From Octopus bimaculoides (taxonomy: Eukaryota): 36,346 nt of DNA. The position numbers and the translations under genes are program-made. Each line of letters opens with the position of its first letter. Position 1 is the stretch's first letter. Where the stretch lies: positions 21,181,078 to 21,217,423 of the forward strand of contig NC_069004.1 in NCBI RefSeq assembly GCF_001194135.2. The letters are read 5' to 3'. Shown here piece after piece: positions 33,141-36,346 of the stretch. Under the pieces are notes generated by a model. That model did no database searches. It saw nothing but the letters and a program-made list of their open reading frames with translations, and was not told the origin of the DNA.

Positions 33141-34286
33141 GGTGTTGATATGTTTGAAACATCAACTTCACACGACTTACATTCTTGAAAGCATATTTCT
33201 GTAAAATATCATTAAAAATAGGAAACAAAGCTGGGAGATGGGGAGAAAGACCCTGAAAAGATAAACAATTTTTTTTCCTTTTTTTTTAAATGTTTACCAA
33301 TTTAATCATAATTTACATTCTTGAAACTTGTCTCTGCAACCTTTCATGAAAAAAAAGAACACATTTTTCAGAAAGTTATGTGGAAAGAAAGTTGTGAGCA
33401 AAAAGTACCTCTTTATTTCATTCATCCCAAATGAATGGGCAGAGTTGACTTCATCAGGATTTCAACTAAACTCAGAATGCAGAGAGCCAGAACTACAACA
33501 GATATATATATTTATTGTTTTCCACTTAATAATTACAGCTTTGTATATAATATTTTAAGCCCAATATTGTTGTTTAATGTCAGATTAATCCTGACCCAGT
33601 ATATCTATGCTCAAAGGTGACTATCTAGTTCACTAGTCATAACTTCTCCAAGTTTTGTGGTATTTTCAGAATTTTTTTTCAAATGTATGTTCTACAAATT
33701 CTATCTTGAACAATTAAACAAAAAAAAACTTTTTGCAATTTGAATTTTTTTATCCTATCCCACCAAAATTCTAATTTTGATGGGGGTAATTTGGGACAAA
33801 TGTGATAACTCAGGAGATGCATAAAATGGGTTATTCTCCTCAACAAAGTAATTATGACACAAATTTATGTCTTTCAAATGGTGCTCTTGAAAGTTAAGAA
33901 GTTCAGTGGGGGAGGATATAATAAATTTGAATTAAACCTCCCCCCCCACCGTTTTTCATATCATCATCATCATCATCATCATATCTGCTTTCCATACTAT
34001 AATACATTAAGTTGGTTATTACTGTAGACAAAGTTACTGATGTAGATGAGATGGAGGACTACATCTCCTTTGAGTGCCCTAGGTTTTTGTATCATTTCTA
34101 TTACTGGATACCCTTCCTAACATCCACCACTTTCAGATACAATGTGGTCTTGGCTATACATGTAAAAAATATACTATTGAAACACCTTTGATGAAGGTAA
34201 TCACTCTCCTCACAATACATGCACTGTTATGATCTCTCACTCTTGCTCTCTCTCTCGTATGACATTTGTTTTACTGTCTCTTGTAG

Positions 34287-34404
34287 GTAATTAGTGGTGA
34301 AATGAAAGAATGTTTAAAGGCCTTGCAGCAGAAAGTGGGAGTTGGTTTAGTAGGAGGCTCTGACACAGCAAAGATTGTGGAGCAGATGGGAAATAATTCT
34401 GATG
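34287..34404 (+). CDS. PMM2: Phosphomannomutase, coding exon 2 (118 nt; gene continues beyond the window)
   Basis: Pyrimidine-rich acceptor (ttttactgtctcttgtAG) and G|GTAAGT donor. In frame with exon 1: VISGEMKECLKALQQKVGVGLVGGSDTAKIVEQMGNNSD, with the PMM VGGSD motif. Ends in phase 1. Intron 1 is 28699-34286 (5588 nt). Confidence 0.95.
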
Positions 34405-34446
34405 GTAAGTATATGATAGCTGTAGATATTGTCATGAATCATATAT

Positions 34447-34730
34447 GCATGTGAAGTCAGGTGGTTTGGTGGTTTGGGCGTTGCACTCATGATCTCAGCA
34501 TTGTAGTTTCAATTCCTGGAGCAGACGATGCATTGTGTTCTTCAGGAAAAATACTTCATCTCATATGGCTCTGCGATCACTTTGACATCTGATGTGTGGC
34601 ACAACATGCACTTGTATAGGCAATGTCATTTCGATGGAGGAAGTTAGCGAATGTACAGCACAAACGTTCGATCACTGTAAACAACTCATTTGTGAAGGTT
34701 GTTCAGCAAAACGTTACATAAATTCCATTT
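34447..34730 (+). mobile_element. Diverged tRNA-derived SINE in PMM intron 2
   Basis: TTGGTGGTTTGGGCGTTGCACTCATGATC...TTCAATTCCTGG...TTGTGTTCTTCAGGAAAAATACTTCAT, with a head related to the 6675 and 32712 SINEs. Confidence 0.6.
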
Positions 34731-35098
34731 GTTATCTATGACAGGAAAATCCACATATATGCATGCATGAATGGGCTTCACAATAATAGAATGGACATAC
34801 CTAATTAGGAAATTATAGCTATAAATTATTAAAGCCATTGTAAAACTATATAAAATATTTCACAAGTTTAACATGTAAGAAGTGCATATACAAGCATGAA
34901 AATGGATCCATGCATGGAGTAATAACTATGTTTGGACATAGTCATTATGTGCNNNNNNNNNNNNNNNNNNNNNNNNNNNNNNNNNNNNNNNNNNNNNNNN
35001 NNNNNNNNNNNNNNNNNNNNNNNNNNNNNNNNNNNNNNNNNNNNNNNNNNNNTATATATGTATGTATATATATATATATATGTATATATATATGTATA

Positions 35099-36069
35099 TG
35101 TAGAGAAACGACCGTGCGAACCAAACGAGAATGGTGACGAATGGAAACAGGCTCCCTTTTAACGCGTCGCACGGTCGACACAAAAATATAATATATTATA
35201 ATACTATAACATAGAGAACTCACATGTGTAATGCGAGGAAATTGCCAGCAAGGAAAAGATAGAGATGTCTCAACTGATAAAGATGTATAACAGTAAGATT
35301 TATTGGTTGTCAACTAGAATGTCTGTGTGAGTGTGAATGCGACATAATAAAACACAATATAAGACAGGCCGTCATGTAAACAAAGTGTGTATACAAATAT
35401 ATGTATGTGAATGCAAGAGATACAGAGCATAGAAAAGAGTTTGTAATACGGATAAGAAATACCAGTACTCAGTTAAGGTACACAGTAGTTTGAAAGTCTG
35501 TATATAAGAGGTTGAGGCAGAGCTAAGTCACTTGTCGTGCAGTTGAGGCTTCTATGCCGAGCCTGGCTACTTGATACAGGGGTCGAATTCTGGCTGTTAT
35601 TTCGTGGTAAAACAATTCACACAAACAGTAGTGTTGAGAGAAGCTGCAGTTGCTGTTGGTAGCTTGTTTACGTAGAGACGTCGTGTTGATGTTGGGACGA
35701 AGCTTGTAGTAAAGAGTTGAACAATGGTGTTGATGTCGTCACTGGAAACTGGCTGGTTGGTGTTACATGGTCAACGACCAGACCTTAAAAGGTCTGAAGA
35801 CGCGACCAACTGGCGGGGATAAAGCAGGCTATTTATAGGGACAGAGAGGCTCCAGAAACATCAGAAAAACACTCTCTCACGTGACCTTATTAGATGGCCA
35901 CGATTGGTCGGTATGCACCCTGGCGCGAAACAGAACTGGAGACAAATGCTGCGCAAATAAGAGTCAATCAAGTGATGGACACAGCAGGGTCTAAGGCGGG
36001 AAAGAGATAGATGTTACCCGCTACGTTCGCATTTGTAAATAAATAACCGAGAGAGGTGGTTTCACTACA
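35099..36069 (-). mobile_element. LTR family A, copy 2 (971 bp), antisense in PMM intron 2
   Basis: Reverse-complement homolog of 17088-18069 over its whole length, with TGTAG/CTACA termini. It retains TATAAATA (35830-37), CACGTG (35878-83), CCAAT boxes and AATAAA (35299-304). The flanks (TATA / TGAA) do not form a TSD. Confidence 0.88.
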
Positions 36070-36070
36070 T

Positions 36071-36346
36071 GAATCGAAGGGCCTTAGAGTCAACCTAGCA
36101 AAAGCCAAAATCCTAATAAGTAGGAAGGTAGATAAAACACAAACCCCTTCAGGTAGATGGCCCTGCTCAGTATGTAGAAAAGGAGTAGGTAGTAACTCTA
36201 TAAGATGTACCCGGTCCAAGCTATGGACACATAAGAGGTGCAGCAATATCAAAGGCAGATTAACTACGAAGTTAGTTTTTGTATGTGGCAGATGTTCAGG
36301 TGCAATAAACACTGTAAACAAACAGGAAACAACTTCTATCTCATTC
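36071..36346 (+). mobile_element. RTE-clade LINE ORF2 fragment, copy 3 (continues past the window end)
   Basis: An uninterrupted 92-codon frame without Met reads ESKGLRVNLAKAKILISRK...GRWPCSVCRKGVGSNSIRCTRSKLWTHKRCSNIKGRLTTKLVFVCGRCSGAINT. It is homologous to 1070-1217 (-) and 4362-4530 (+). Confidence 0.85.

Noticed and set aside
1-36346. CRISPR arrays, rRNA, prokaryotic operons or horizontally transferred genes
   Set aside because: There are no regularly spaced repeat-spacer units, no rRNA-like sequence and no long intronless ORFs. The content is that of a spliceosomal-intron, TE-rich animal genome.

Overview
AT-rich, microsatellite-rich eukaryotic genomic DNA from a gapped draft assembly (7 N-runs). 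The SINE families, (TA)n density and repeat content resemble an octopus/cephalopod genome; this is inferred, not verified. The only host gene I can support is the 5' part of a phosphomannomutase (PMM1/PMM2-type HAD enzyme) on the + strand: coding exon 1 at 28630-28698 and exon 2 at 34287-34404, continuing beyond the window. Almost everything else is decayed transposable-element sequence: RTE LINEs, two CRE-clade and one HERO/NeSL-like RLE retrotransposon fragments, three Penelope GIY-YIG fragments, two mariners, two rosa/Tc1-like derivatives, a hAT MITE, three solo-LTR-like elements, Helitron-like termini, tRNA-derived SINEs and several fold-back elements. I did not find a convincing new biological system. 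The strongest leads are TE architectures: a mariner split by two solo LTRs whose removal restores its frame; an LTR promoter cassette antisense in PMM intron 2; a palindromic transposon built from two 3' ends; a Penelope copy with an inverted 5' end; a same-strand cluster of RLE retrotransposons; and a PHD-like finger inside RTE ORF2. Identities and alignments were done by eye and family names are from recalled motifs, not database searches.
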